From assembly GCA_015065455.1 (NCBI GenBank), contig SVQI01000004.1, positions 12,593-76,592 of the forward strand: 64,000 nucleotides of DNA. The letters run 5' to 3'. Source of the stretch: Oscillospiraceae bacterium. GTDB lineage: Bacteria; Bacillota; Clostridia; Oscillospirales; CAG-272. The position numbers and the translations under genes are program-made. Positions 49,302 through 59,038 of this stretch are shown here, one piece after another. The notes beneath the pieces are model-generated. The model was not told the origin of the DNA. It ran no database searches and worked only from the letters and a program-made list of their open reading frames with translations. The stretch's first letter is position 1; each line of letters starts with the position of its first letter.

Positions 49302-50648
49302 TCAGGAAATACCTTGAGCAATCATTGCTTCTGCTACCTTGATAAAGCCTGCGATATTAGCGCCGGCAACAAGGTCGTAGCCAAGTCCGTATTTTTCAGC
49401 AGTTCTTGCTGACTCATCATGGATGTTCTTCATAATTCTATGAAGCTTTTCGTCTACTTCTTCTTTTGTCCAGCTGTATCTCATGCTGTTCTGGCTCATT
49501 TCGAGAGCAGAAACTGCAACACCGCCCGCATTTACGGCCTTTGAAGGAGCAACAGCCAATACGTTGCACTTGAGGAATTTTAATGCTTCGTTTGTTGTAG
49601 GCATATTGGAAACTTCAATGTAGTATTTAACTTTGTTTGCAACTATTTTGAGAGCTTCATCCATATTAACTTCGTTCTGAGTAGCGCAGGGCATAATGAT
49701 GTCAGCTTTTACGCCCCAAGGCTTTTCACCCTTAAAAAATTTAGCGGAAGGATACTTGATAGCGTAATCTTCAGCCTTATCGCGGCCGGATGCTCTCATT
49801 TCGAGAATATAGTTTAATTTTTCGCCTGTAATACCGTCTTCGTCGTATATGTAACCGTCAGGACCTGAGATTGTAACAACCTTTGCACCAAGTTCGTCTG
49901 CTTTTTTACATACACCCCATGCAACGTTACCAAAGCCGGAAACGGCAATTGTTTTTCCTTCAATAGATTCGCCGAAGTGCTTCAATACTTCGCAAGCGTA
50001 GTAAACTGCGCCAAAACCTGTAGCTTCAGGACGGATAAGAGAACCGCCGTAGCTGAGGCCCTTACCGGTGATAACACCGTTTTCAAAACCGCCTCTGATT
50101 CTCTTGTACTGACCGAAGAGATAACCAATCTCTCTCGCGCCAACACCGATATCTCCTGCGGGAACGTCAACGTCAGGACCGATGTATCTGTAAAGCTCAG
50201 TCATAAAGCTTTGGCAGAATCTCATAATTTCAGCGTCACTCTTACCTCTGGGGTCAAAGTCGCTTCCGCCCTTTGCACCGCCGATAGGAAGACCTGTCAA
50301 GCTGTTTTTGAATGTTTGTTCAAAGCCGAGGAATTTCATAATGCCCATGTAAACGGAGGGATGGAAACGGAGTCCGCCCTTGTAGGGACCGATAGCCGAA
50401 TTGAACTGTACTCTATATCCGCGGTTTACGTTTACGTTACCGTTATCATCTATCCAAGAAACTCTGAATGAAACCTGTCTGTCAGGCTCAGCCATTCTTT
50501 CAAGTATGCCGTATTTTTCGTATTCGGGGTGCTTATTTACAACAGCTTCAAGGCTTTCGTATACTTCTTCAACAGTCTGAATAAATTCAGGCTCGTTCTG
50601 GTTACGCGCTTTGAGCTGTTCAATTGTTTTCTGAATGTAAGAATTCAT
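49302..50648 (-). CDS. gdhA: NADP-specific glutamate dehydrogenase
   Basis: GPYKGGLRFHP, GGAKGG, DVPAGDIGVG, RPEATG. Confidence 0.96.
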   Translation of the reverse strand: MNSYIQKTIEQLKARNQNEPEFIQTVEEVYESLEAVVNKHPEYEKYGILERMAEPDRQVSFRVSWIDDNGNVNVNRGYRVQFNSAIGPYKGGLRFHPSVYMGIMKFLGFEQTFKNSLTGLPIGGAKGGSDFDPRGKSDAEIMRFCQSFMTELYRYIGPDVDVPAGDIGVGAREIGYLFGQYKRIRGGFENGVITGKGLSYGGSLIRPEATGFGAVYYACEVLKHFGESIEGKTIAVSGFGNVAWGVCKKADELGAKVVTISGPDGYIYDEDGITGEKLNYILEMRASGRDKAEDYAIKYPSAKFFKGEKPWGVKADIIMPCATQNEVNMDEALKIVANKVKYYIEVSNMPTTNEALKFLKCNVLAVAPSKAVNAGGVAVSALEMSQNSMRYSWTKEEVDEKLHRIMKNIHDESARTAEKYGLGYDLVAGANIAGFIKVAEAMIAQGIS

Positions 50649-51227
50649 AAAAACCTCCTGTGATTTCTCTACTATTATATATAACTAAAAATGCTTGTTA
50701 ATATTATACTGTATTTTGCTGAAAAGTGTCAATGTAAAACATTAACGAAATTCTGCTCTATAAAGGGCGTGATTTGTATAATTATCACAAAAAAACGTTG
50801 TATTTAGATTAATAAAATTAAAAATACAAGAAAACAACTTAATAAAATTAAGTGAGCGTGATAAAACGTAAAAGCAAATCTGTGTTTTGTTAGTTAAATT
50901 AGCAAGTTATTTCTATGTTAAAAAAAGAAGGCTCGATGATACAAGGAAAATGGGCGTATTTGTTGAATATATATAAAAGAGTGCCAAATGAGATCACATT
51001 AGTTTAAAATTGGTGCAATTAGGGTTTTTTGGGTGATGTGTGTGAAAAAAACAAAGAATTATTGACCGATTTGCACAGTTTGTGGAATAAAAAAATAAAA
51101 AAAGTTAAAAAAAGTGATAAAAATTAGAAAATGATATTTTAATTTTTGATAATATATGTTATAATGGTAGCAATGATATTTTGTATTTTCAATAATGTAT
51201 TTGAAAACGATATTTGTGGGGGGAAAT

Positions 51228-52349
51228 ATGAACGAGAATATTTTTGGTGAGCTCAGTGTAATCAGTATGAGAGGTGGCGAAAAATTCGCCGGTAATGTTG
51301 ATTATTATTTGAAACAATGGCGTAATACAGATGAATCTTTTGTAATCAACGCAGACTGTCCCAGATTTGGTACAGGAGAAGCTAAGTGTTTGCTCAAGCA
51401 CTCGCTCAGAGGACACGACGTATTTATTATCGCCGATGTATTTAACTACGGTGTAACATACAAGATGTACGATATGGTAGTACCAATGAGTCCCGATGAT
51501 CATTTTCAGGATATAAAGAGAGTAATAGGAGCTATTGCAGGAAAGGCGCGTAGACTTTCGGTAATTATTCCTATGCTTTATGAAGGAAGACAGCACAAGA
51601 GATCTGCAAGAGAATCACTTGACTGCGCAGTTGCTCTCCAAGAGCTTGTAAATATGGGTGTTACAAATATTATTACGTTTGACGCGCATGACCCGAGAGT
51701 ACAGAATGCAATTCCAAACAGTGGTTTTGACAGTGTTCAGTCTACATATCAGATGATAAAGGCTTTGTGCAAGGCAGTGCCCGACGTTAAGCTTGATAAA
51801 GAGCATATAATGATGATATCCCCCGACGAAGGCGCAATGCAGAGAAGTATGTATTACTCATCGGTAATAGGACTTGATTTGGGTATGTTCTACAAGCGTC
51901 GTGATTATACACGAGTTGTAGACGGAAGAAACCCGATCGAAGCGCACGAATATCTTGGTAAATCAGTAGAGGGCAAGGACGTAATTGTTGTTGATGATAT
52001 GATTTCATCGGGTGATTCTATGCTTGACGTAGCAGCGCAGCTTAAGGCAAAGGGAGCAAACAGAATATTTGTATTCTCTACGTTTGGTTTGTTCTGCAAC
52101 GGTTTTTCAAAGTTTGATGAAGCATACGAAAAAGGCATGATAACAAAGGTGTTTACAACTAACCTTAATTACAGAAAACCCGAGCTTCTCGAAAAGCCTT
52201 GGTATTATGAAGTTAATATGTGTAAATATGTTGCTATGCTTATAGATACGCTTAACCACGACGCAACAATAAGTGAGCTCCTCAATCCCGTAAACAGAAT
52301 TCACAATCTTCTTGACAGAAGAGCAAGTGAACAGTCAGCTGAAAAATAA
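51228..52349 (+). CDS. prs: Ribose-phosphate pyrophosphokinase
   Basis: GRQHKR, FDAH, SPDEG, VDDMISSGDS. Confidence 0.92.
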   Translation: MNENIFGELSVISMRGGEKFAGNVDYYLKQWRNTDESFVINADCPRFGTGEAKCLLKHSLRGHDVFIIADVFNYGVTYKMYDMVVPMSPDDHFQDIKRVIGAIAGKARRLSVIIPMLYEGRQHKRSARESLDCAVALQELVNMGVTNIITFDAHDPRVQNAIPNSGFDSVQSTYQMIKALCKAVPDVKLDKEHIMMISPDEGAMQRSMYYSSVIGLDLGMFYKRRDYTRVVDGRNPIEAHEYLGKSVEGKDVIVVDDMISSGDSMLDVAAQLKAKGANRIFVFSTFGLFCNGFSKFDEAYEKGMITKVFTTNLNYRKPELLEKPWYYEVNMCKYVAMLIDTLNHDATISELLNPVNRIHNLLDRRASEQSAEK

Positions 52350-52360
52350 TTGCAAATAAC

Positions 52361-52391
52361 AAAAGACCTCGGGTTTACCGAGGTTTTTTTA
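52361..52391 (+). terminator. Intrinsic terminator
   Basis: AAAAGACCTCGG-GTTTA-CCGAGGTTTTTT. Confidence 0.8.
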
Positions 52392-52408
52392 TGTCTATAT
52401 TAAAAATA

Positions 52409-52437
52409 TTGATTTTATTACGTTTTAGGTGTATAAT
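52409..52437 (+). promoter_or_regulatory. Sigma-A promoter of the mgtE leader
   Basis: TTGATT-N17-TATAAT. Confidence 0.6.
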
Positions 52438-52482
52438 AAACATATAGGGGTATACTTGAATACTATAAAAAGAGGTGAGAAG

Positions 52483-52569
52483 ATGGACGGTAGTTGCAGT
52501 AGTCGAAAAAACAACGTGGCATTTTTATTATACAAACGGAATATTAGCAGTCTGCCGTTTGTGTTCTGA
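52483..52569 (+). CDS. Putative 28-aa leader peptide upstream of mgtE
   Basis: GAGGTGA RBS; MDGSCSSRKNNVAFLLYKRNISSLPFVF*; overlaps alternative stems. Confidence 0.45.
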   Translation: MDGSCSSRKNNVAFLLYKRNISSLPFVF

Positions 52570-52779
52570 TTATTTTATTTGAATATGACGATGCCATTGT
52601 TTGTTTTTTGAAGCTGTGCTATACAAAAAAAGTAAAGCATAATATAGGACGGTTTCTTTGTAAAATAACAGTGGTATTTTTATACCCAAAATTATGATTA
52701 CAAAAACGGTAATATTACAATGCTTTACACAGAGTCGGATATATCCGCAGTAAAAATACGTGTAAAGGAGGAACAGACA

Positions 52780-54186
52780 ATGAATATGAATGTTCAAAAT
52801 GATAATAACGTTATGACACAGCACCCCGATTACAAAACGGAGATTGCTGATATTTTGCATAGCAACTTGACGCCTAAAACTATGCGTGAACAGCTGCTTT
52901 CGTATCACGAATATGATATAGCGACAGCGCTTGATATTTTGACGGCAGATGAGAGAAAAAAGCTGTACAGAATAGTTGATACTGAAACTTTGGCAAATAT
53001 ACTTGAATATTCAGAAGAGTTAAATAAGTATATCAGTGAACTCAGCGTACGTAAAAAGACGGATATTCTTTCTATGTTTGAAATTACGACGACTGTCGAA
53101 GTTTTAAACGGAATGGAAAAGAACGAGAGGGTAATGCTGATAGATCTCCTTGGAGATGACATAAGACGGGAAATAATTATGCTCAGCGCTTTTGATGAGG
53201 ACGAGATAGGAAGCAAAATGAGTACTAATTATATCTCTATAAAATCCGGCATTGGTGTTCGCGAGGCTATGCGCGAGCTTGTGAGCCAAGCGGCAGAAAA
53301 TGATAACATAACGACAATTTACGTTGTTGACGAGGAGAATACACTCGTCGGCGCTATTGATTTGAAAAATTTAATTATTGCGAGGGAGAATACTCCCATT
53401 GAGAATATTATAATGACTTCGTATCCTTACGTTTATACAACCGAGCTTGTAGACGAATGTATAGAGAGGTTAAAGGAATATTCCGAGGACTCAATACCTG
53501 TGCTGGATGCAGACAATAAACTGAGAGGTGTATTGACTTCGCAAACGATAACTCAGCTGACAGATGAGATTTTCGGGGACGATTACGCAAAACTTGCGGG
53601 CTTGTCAGCAGAAGAAGATTTAAATGAGCCGCTAAAAAAGAGTGTTGGCAAAAGGCTTCCTTGGTTGATAATTTTATTTGGATTAGGACTTTTAGTATCG
53701 GGTGTTGTTGGCATATTCGAGCAGGTTGTGGCACAGCTTGCTGTAATAGTTAGCTTTCAGTCGCTTATTTTGGGTATGTCGGGTAACGTTGGTACGCAAT
53801 CACTTGCTGTTACGATAAGAGTTTTAATGGATGAAGAAGTAAGCAGAAGACAGAAGTTTAGCCTTATAGGTAAAGAGGCACGTGTGGGATTGGTTAACGG
53901 TTTGATATTAGGCGTTATGTCTTTTCTGCTTATCGGCGGTTATTTATGCGTATTTAAAGAGCAAAGCGTGTTTTATGCGTTTACGATTTCAGCATGCACG
54001 GGAATCGCGCTTTTGATATCGATTTTTCTTTCGAGCCTTACAGGAACGATAGTTCCGTTAGTGTTTAAGAAAATGAAAATAGACCCCGCGATTGCATCCG
54101 GGCCATTGATTACAACAATAAACGACCTTGTTGCAGTTGTATCCTATTACGGACTGGCATGGGTTTTATTGATAAAGCTTTTATAA
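52780..54186 (+). CDS. mgtE: Magnesium transporter MgtE
   Basis: N domain, CBS pair, KRLPWL, GNVGTQS, DPAIASGPLITTIND; AAGGAGG RBS. Confidence 0.95.
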   Translation: MNMNVQNDNNVMTQHPDYKTEIADILHSNLTPKTMREQLLSYHEYDIATALDILTADERKKLYRIVDTETLANILEYSEELNKYISELSVRKKTDILSMFEITTTVEVLNGMEKNERVMLIDLLGDDIRREIIMLSAFDEDEIGSKMSTNYISIKSGIGVREAMRELVSQAAENDNITTIYVVDEENTLVGAIDLKNLIIARENTPIENIIMTSYPYVYTTELVDECIERLKEYSEDSIPVLDADNKLRGVLTSQTITQLTDEIFGDDYAKLAGLSAEEDLNEPLKKSVGKRLPWLIILFGLGLLVSGVVGIFEQVVAQLAVIVSFQSLILGMSGNVGTQSLAVTIRVLMDEEVSRRQKFSLIGKEARVGLVNGLILGVMSFLLIGGYLCVFKEQSVFYAFTISACTGIALLISIFLSSLTGTIVPLVFKKMKIDPAIASGPLITTINDLVAVVSYYGLAWVLLIKLL

Positions 54187-54233
54187 TAATAAAAAATGCA
54201 CCTAAAAAGGTGCATTTTTGTTATTGGGTTTAT

Positions 54234-54965
54234 TTACAGAACTTTTGAAAGAAAGTCTTTAAGTCTCGGGTTTTTAGGATTATTAAAGAATTCCTGCGGT
54301 TCAGCTTCTTCGAGAATATTTCCTTCGTCCATAAACAAGATTTTTGTTCCGACTTCTCTTGCAAAGCCCATTTCGTGTGTAACGACAACCATTGTCATAC
54401 CGCTTTCCGCAAGTTCAGTCATAAGCTGAAGAACTTCACCAACCATTTCGGGGTCAAGTGCCGACGTAGGCTCGTCAAAGAGCATAACGTCAGGGTTCAT
54501 AGCCAATGCGCGAATGATTGCAATACGCTGCTTCTGACCGCCTGATAATTGTGAAGGGTAAGCCTTTGCTTTGTCTGCAAGTCCTATTCTTTCGAGAAGA
54601 GCCATAGCATTCTTCTCGGCTTCTTCCTTTGTCTGAAGCTTCAGTGTTACGGGGGCAAGAGTAATGTTATCAATAATGTTTTTATTGTTAAAAAGATTGA
54701 ATTGCTGGAAAACCATACCCATTTTTTGTCTTACGGTATCGATTTTCGTTTTCTTATCGTTTATCTGAATGCCCTCAAACCAGATCTCGCCCGAAGTGGG
54801 AGTTTCAAGCATATTAAGGCAACGAAGGAAAGTACTTTTACCGGATCCCGATGGGCCAACTATAACGATTTTTTCGCCTTTTTCAATTTTGTAATCAATA
54901 TTTTTTAATACGTCGTTTTTTCCGAAGGATTTACAAAGATTTTTAACCTCTATCACTTTGTGCAA
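54234..54965 (-). CDS. Polar amino acid ABC transporter ATPase (GlnQ-like)
   Basis: [28 protein letters not shown]. Confidence 0.93.
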   Translation of the reverse strand: MHKVIEVKNLCKSFGKNDVLKNIDYKIEKGEKIVIVGPSGSGKSTFLRCLNMLETPTSGEIWFEGIQINDKKTKIDTVRQKMGMVFQQFNLFNNKNIIDNITLAPVTLKLQTKEEAEKNAMALLERIGLADKAKAYPSQLSGGQKQRIAIIRALAMNPDVMLFDEPTSALDPEMVGEVLQLMTELAESGMTMVVVTHEMGFAREVGTKILFMDEGNILEEAEPQEFFNNPKNPRLKDFLSKVL

Positions 54966-55644
54966 ATCTCCTTTCGAGCTTATTGAAGAGTATTGACAAG
55001 CCGTGTACCATAATGAGATATATTATCGCAATCGACAGGTAAGGGAAGTATACGTTCGCTGTACGGCTGATTACCGATTCAGCCGCCTTTGTCAAGTCCA
55101 TAACACCGAGATAACCTATAACGGAAGTTTCTTTTAAGAGGGCTATGAATTCATTACCGAGAGCGGGGAGAACATTTTTAAAAGCTTGAGGAAGAACAAT
55201 AAGTCTCATTGTCTGGATTTGTGAAAGACCGAGTGATCTTCCCGCTTCTGTCTGACCGCCGTCAACAGCCATAATACCGGCTCTGATAATTTCGGACACG
55301 TATGCGCCCGAGTTTATACCAAAAGCTATTATACCTATCAAAACCGCGTTAGAGGAGTTTAGAAAAATAAGGTTATACGATATAAGCAACTGAAGAACGA
55401 CCGGAGTACCTCTTATGATGGTTGTATATGTTTCAAAAATCGTATTAAGAATTTTTAATTTACCTGTTTTTTTATGTAAAACTTTAATTACCGCAATTAC
55501 TATACCGATGATAATACCCATCAAGGTTGCAGCGAGAGCAATAATGATTGTGTGCTTTAAACCTTCAAGAAAGTATTTGTATCGGTTATCAACAATAAAT
55601 GTTCTGTTGAACTGATGTGCGATTGATTCAAAAAATTGTACCAT
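54943..55644 (-). CDS. Polar amino acid ABC permease
   Basis: [26 protein letters not shown]. Confidence 0.93.
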   Translation of the reverse strand: MVQFFESIAHQFNRTFIVDNRYKYFLEGLKHTIIIALAATLMGIIIGIVIAVIKVLHKKTGKLKILNTIFETYTTIIRGTPVVLQLLISYNLIFLNSSNAVLIGIIAFGINSGAYVSEIIRAGIMAVDGGQTEAGRSLGLSQIQTMRLIVLPQAFKNVLPALGNEFIALLKETSVIGYLGVMDLTKAAESVISRTANVYFPYLSIAIIYLIMVHGLSILFNKLERRFAQSDRG

Positions 55645-55762
55645 TTAACTAACCTTTTTTAATTAACCTTAGTTATTACTTTTTGTAAAAATATAATTAC
55701 ACAATATTACTCTCCCCTCAAAAAACAGGGGAGAGTAAAGTGAAATATTCAAATTTTAAAAA

Positions 55763-56605
55763 TTATGCCAAAGCATCTGTTGAGTGCTTAACAATGTATT
55801 CGTCGATCTTTCCTTCATCGAGAAGCTTCTGAACAACCTTATTTACAACCTCAAGAAGAGTCTTGTTACCCTTAGCTACGCAGATAGCGTATGATTCAGC
55901 AGTGTTTGAACCGTCTTCATAAACGAGCTCAACAGCCTTAAGTTTTGCTGTGCTGTTTTTAACAATAAGTTCAGCAGGGAGCTTGTCGATTACAACAGCC
56001 TGGATCTTGCCGGATTTAAGAGCTTCAGCAGCAAGGTTAGCGTTGTTGTAAGTGGTAACTGTTGCGCCTGTATCCTGAAGGAGACCCTTAACGTCCTTGC
56101 CGTCGTCGTCCTTGTAGCCGTTTACTTCGTCAGAAATGATGAAGTCGCCTGTTGTACCGAGCTGAACGCCTATCTTCATACCTTTAAGGTCGGTAATGTT
56201 TTCATATGTTGCATCTTCGGGAAGAATAACGTACTGTGTGCTTGTTGTGTAAGAAATAGAGAAATCAACTGATTCTTTTCTTTCGTCTGTTACAGTAATA
56301 CCTGCAGCTCCGAGAGAAGCTTTACCGGACTGAACGGAAGAGATGATAGTGTCGAATTTAACGTTTTCGATTTTTAATTCAACGCCGATTTCATCTGCGA
56401 TAGCCTTTGCGATATCCATATCAACGCCAACGGGCTTGCCGTCTGCAAGATATTCAAAGGGAGCAAATTCCGCATTTGTGTAAACAACGAGTTCGCCTCT
56501 TTTTTTAATAGCGTCTACGCTCTGCTTATCAGCAGCGCTTCCACAGCTTAAAAGAACAGCGGAGCAAAGTACGAGAGTCATAATAAGAGCAATAATCTTT
56601 TTCAT
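55763..56605 (-). CDS. Amino acid ABC substrate-binding lipoprotein (family 3)
   Basis: Lipobox LLSC, AEFAPFEY, GVQLGTTG. Confidence 0.92.
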   Translation of the reverse strand: MKKIIALIMTLVLCSAVLLSCGSAADKQSVDAIKKRGELVVYTNAEFAPFEYLADGKPVGVDMDIAKAIADEIGVELKIENVKFDTIISSVQSGKASLGAAGITVTDERKESVDFSISYTTSTQYVILPEDATYENITDLKGMKIGVQLGTTGDFIISDEVNGYKDDDGKDVKGLLQDTGATVTTYNNANLAAEALKSGKIQAVVIDKLPAELIVKNSTAKLKAVELVYEDGSNTAESYAICVAKGNKTLLEVVNKVVQKLLDEGKIDEYIVKHSTDALA

Positions 56606-56823
56606 GTTCTGTCAACCTCACATAAAATATTTTATAACAACACTATATCACTATTTATACAAAAAATCAAGTGTTTTTATGCATTTTTATGAATAGTTAT
56701 ATATAAATATTCTTTAAAGTAATTAAAGAACGTTACTTTTTATATTAAATTAACAAATGTTTATATGTGTAGTGAATAAATATACGAAAAAAACACTCCG
56801 ATATTTACCGGAGTGTTATATTA

Positions 56824-57330
56824 TCAGACCTTTTTTGTTCTGTATCTGAAAAGCGAGATAAGAACAGAGCATGTGGCAAATATCTGAGCGTAAATAAGTG
56901 TAGATCCTATCATAGCGTAGTACACGAGATATACGAGGATATTTACAAGATTAAAGATGCGTATGTTTTGTTCTTTTGTCTGGAAAACGCCGCCCATAAA
57001 GAACAAAGTACCAATGAGAGGTATAATATCAATAACCTTACGCAATCCTATAAGACCTGCTGCAACATAAAGTATAAAAAAGAGTATTTTTTCTTTTTTG
57101 GTAGATTCCTTTTGATTTATACAATGCTCAATAATAACAATTATATGAATTGCGCCGAGAAGGTTAAGCAAAACAGCGGAATTAAGTCCGGCAATAAGTA
57201 AAACGTTAACAGCACCTAAAAAATTTGTAACAGCCTGTGCTGAAAGTATGTATTTTCTTTTTGGCAACTGAAACGAAATAATAAACATTAAAGTTGCAAT
57301 ATATCCCAATATGTCCGATGCAAGTTTCAT
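56824..57330 (-). CDS. YgjV-family membrane protein
   Basis: GYIA..ISFQ start and hydrophobic pattern. Confidence 0.7.
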   Translation of the reverse strand: MKLASDILGYIATLMFIISFQLPKRKYILSAQAVTNFLGAVNVLLIAGLNSAVLLNLLGAIHIIVIIEHCINQKESTKKEKILFFILYVAAGLIGLRKVIDIIPLIGTLFFMGGVFQTKEQNIRIFNLVNILVYLVYYAMIGSTLIYAQIFATCSVLISLFRYRTKKV

Positions 57331-57369
57331 TTTTTGTCTTCTTTCTGTAAAAATCAAATTATAATCGTG

Positions 57370-57401
57370 AAAAAAGACACCCTAGTTTGAGTGTCTTTTT
57401 T
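57370..57401 (-). terminator. Terminator after the tRNA
   Basis: AAAAAAGACAC-N10-GTGTCTTTTTT. Confidence 0.75.
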
Positions 57402-57403
57402 CT

Positions 57404-57479
57404 TGGCGCGCCGCGCAGGATTCGAACCTGCGACCTACCGGTTCGTAGCCGGGCACTCTATCCACTGAGCTAGCAGCGC
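57404..57479 (-). tRNA. tRNA-Arg (ACG)
   Basis: GCGCTGCTAGCTCAGTGGATAGAGTGCCCGGCTACGAACCGGTAGGTCGCAGGTTCGAATCCTGCGCGGCGCGCCA; 76 nt cloverleaf with encoded CCA. Confidence 0.97.
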
Positions 57480-57497
57480 ACTTATTCGTACTTGCAT

Positions 57498-57526
57498 ATA
57501 ATATCACAATGTTTATTGATTGTCAA
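57498..57526 (-). promoter_or_regulatory. Sigma-A promoter of tRNA-Arg
   Basis: TTGACA-N17-TATTAT. Confidence 0.75.
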
Positions 57527-57685
57527 GGGTTTTTTTGTATTTTTCGGGCAGTTTATCTTTATTTTTTGTAGCATTGCATAACAAAATAATCGAATAAAAC
57601 TAACCAAAAACAAAAAAACTGTTGATTTGGGCATTATGTTGTTTTATAATTAAATAAAAAGTATAAAAAAACACAAGGACAGAAT

Positions 57686-58585
57686 ATGAATAAAGAAGAT
57701 TCACTCAGATTAAGCGGCTATATTTCGCAGAAAATCATAAACGAATCCCCCACGATAAATTATTCTTCAACGGAATTAGAGAAAGAAAAGAAGAAATATT
57801 CGGAAGAACAGCTAAAAAAACTAACAGAAGAGGGACTTTACAACGGTGATTTTGAAACTTTTTTTGTGGTAAAAAAGTTTTGCGACAAATTAAAAATCTG
57901 GGATTATGCAGACGATGAATATTTACGAAAGCTTTTTGGTAATGCCAAATGCCACAGAAAAGAAAGTTTTTATAGTGATCCATATTTAAAGAACATAAAG
58001 GTGCCCACAGTTAATTACGGAAATATTCTTCTTTTAAATGCTTGCTATGGAAAAGGAGAGTTTTTTCAGTACGATATGCCAAAGTTATCTGAGGATATTG
58101 TCGTACCCAAACTCGGATTTTTTAACAGTAGAGTTTTTTTCCCAAGCGTATATGAGGGAGAAATGCCCTGGGTAAGCGTAATTCCGTCAGAGATAAATTC
58201 TATGCAGATAGACGTGGATAAAGCGTTCGGTAGATGTCTCGTTTTAGGGCTTGGGCTTGGATACTATCCGTACGTAATATCACTTTCAGACAAGGTTAAG
58301 AGCATAACCATAGTTGAAATAAGCGAAAAGATCATAACTTTATTTGAAAAATATATATTGCCTCAGTTTGAGCATAAGGATAAAATAAAAATCATACACG
58401 CCGATGCTGTCGAATTTATGAAGACAGTACAAAGAGACGAGTATGATTACTGTTATGCAGATATTTGGGAAGGGCAGGTGGACGGTGCTGAATTATATAC
58501 AAAGATAAAGCCGCACGAAAAAAGACTGCCGTATACAAGATTTGCATATTGGATAGAAGACGAAATAAAATGGTATCTTGAATAA
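57686..58585 (+). CDS. Class I SAM-dependent methyltransferase-fold protein (spermidine synthase-like)
   Basis: LVLGLGLGY, ITIVE, IIHADA, YADIW. Confidence 0.7.
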   Translation: MNKEDSLRLSGYISQKIINESPTINYSSTELEKEKKKYSEEQLKKLTEEGLYNGDFETFFVVKKFCDKLKIWDYADDEYLRKLFGNAKCHRKESFYSDPYLKNIKVPTVNYGNILLLNACYGKGEFFQYDMPKLSEDIVVPKLGFFNSRVFFPSVYEGEMPWVSVIPSEINSMQIDVDKAFGRCLVLGLGLGYYPYVISLSDKVKSITIVEISEKIITLFEKYILPQFEHKDKIKIIHADAVEFMKTVQRDEYDYCYADIWEGQVDGAELYTKIKPHEKRLPYTRFAYWIEDEIKWYLE

Positions 58586-58588
58586 CTC

Positions 58589-58993
58589 TTAATCTAATAT
58601 CTTTTCGGAGAAAATTTTTGATTTAATAATGGCTGCAATTTTGAATCCTACGATAGACAATAAAAACCAAAGTAACGAAAAGACTAAACATATCTGCCCG
58701 AGTAAATTAAAAGGCAGATGAGAATAATCCCATACGTTCCAACCGAGCAGGAGGTTGACTATACAGCCGGTTATAAATTCATTTAGAGTAATAAAAAGAC
58801 ATCCGAAAAGACATTTGAGCGGTAAACTGCATTTTTTGGCTTTTTCTTCAAGAATATAAATACCGAGAAAACATACCCCGCCGCATATTCCCATAGACCA
58901 ATGTGAAAATCCCCGCCAGCATACTTCAAGAAGCATATATACTATGCCCCCTGTAAAAAATATTAATGGATATTCTAATTTTTTTAATAACAT
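58589..58993 (-). CDS. Putative ABC transporter permease-like membrane protein
   Basis: EVCWRGFSHWSM, WDYSHLPFNLLGQIC; GAGGTG RBS. Confidence 0.8.
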   Translation of the reverse strand: MLLKKLEYPLIFFTGGIVYMLLEVCWRGFSHWSMGICGGVCFLGIYILEEKAKKCSLPLKCLFGCLFITLNEFITGCIVNLLLGWNVWDYSHLPFNLLGQICLVFSLLWFLLSIVGFKIAAIIKSKIFSEKILD

Positions 58994-59038
58994 AAAAATG
59001 ACCACCTCAGGACTGATAATGGTCATTTTTTTGTTTAA

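Noticed and set aside
50649-51227. Long AT-rich gdhA-prs spacer as a hidden gene or ncRNA
   Set aside because: No convincing ORF, stable stem or repeat seen; consistent with divergent promoters
52465-52620. M-box riboswitch (AGGTGAG seed)
   Set aside because: Only the short seed matches; the following conserved M-box sequence is not recognisable
57404-57479. tRNA-Arg as an integration site
   Set aside because: No integrase nearby and no duplicated tRNA 3' end noticed in the window
57686-58585. Methyltransferase-fold gene as speE linked to potABCD
   Set aside because: Lacks the GGGDG aminopropyltransferase motif and lies 22 kb away
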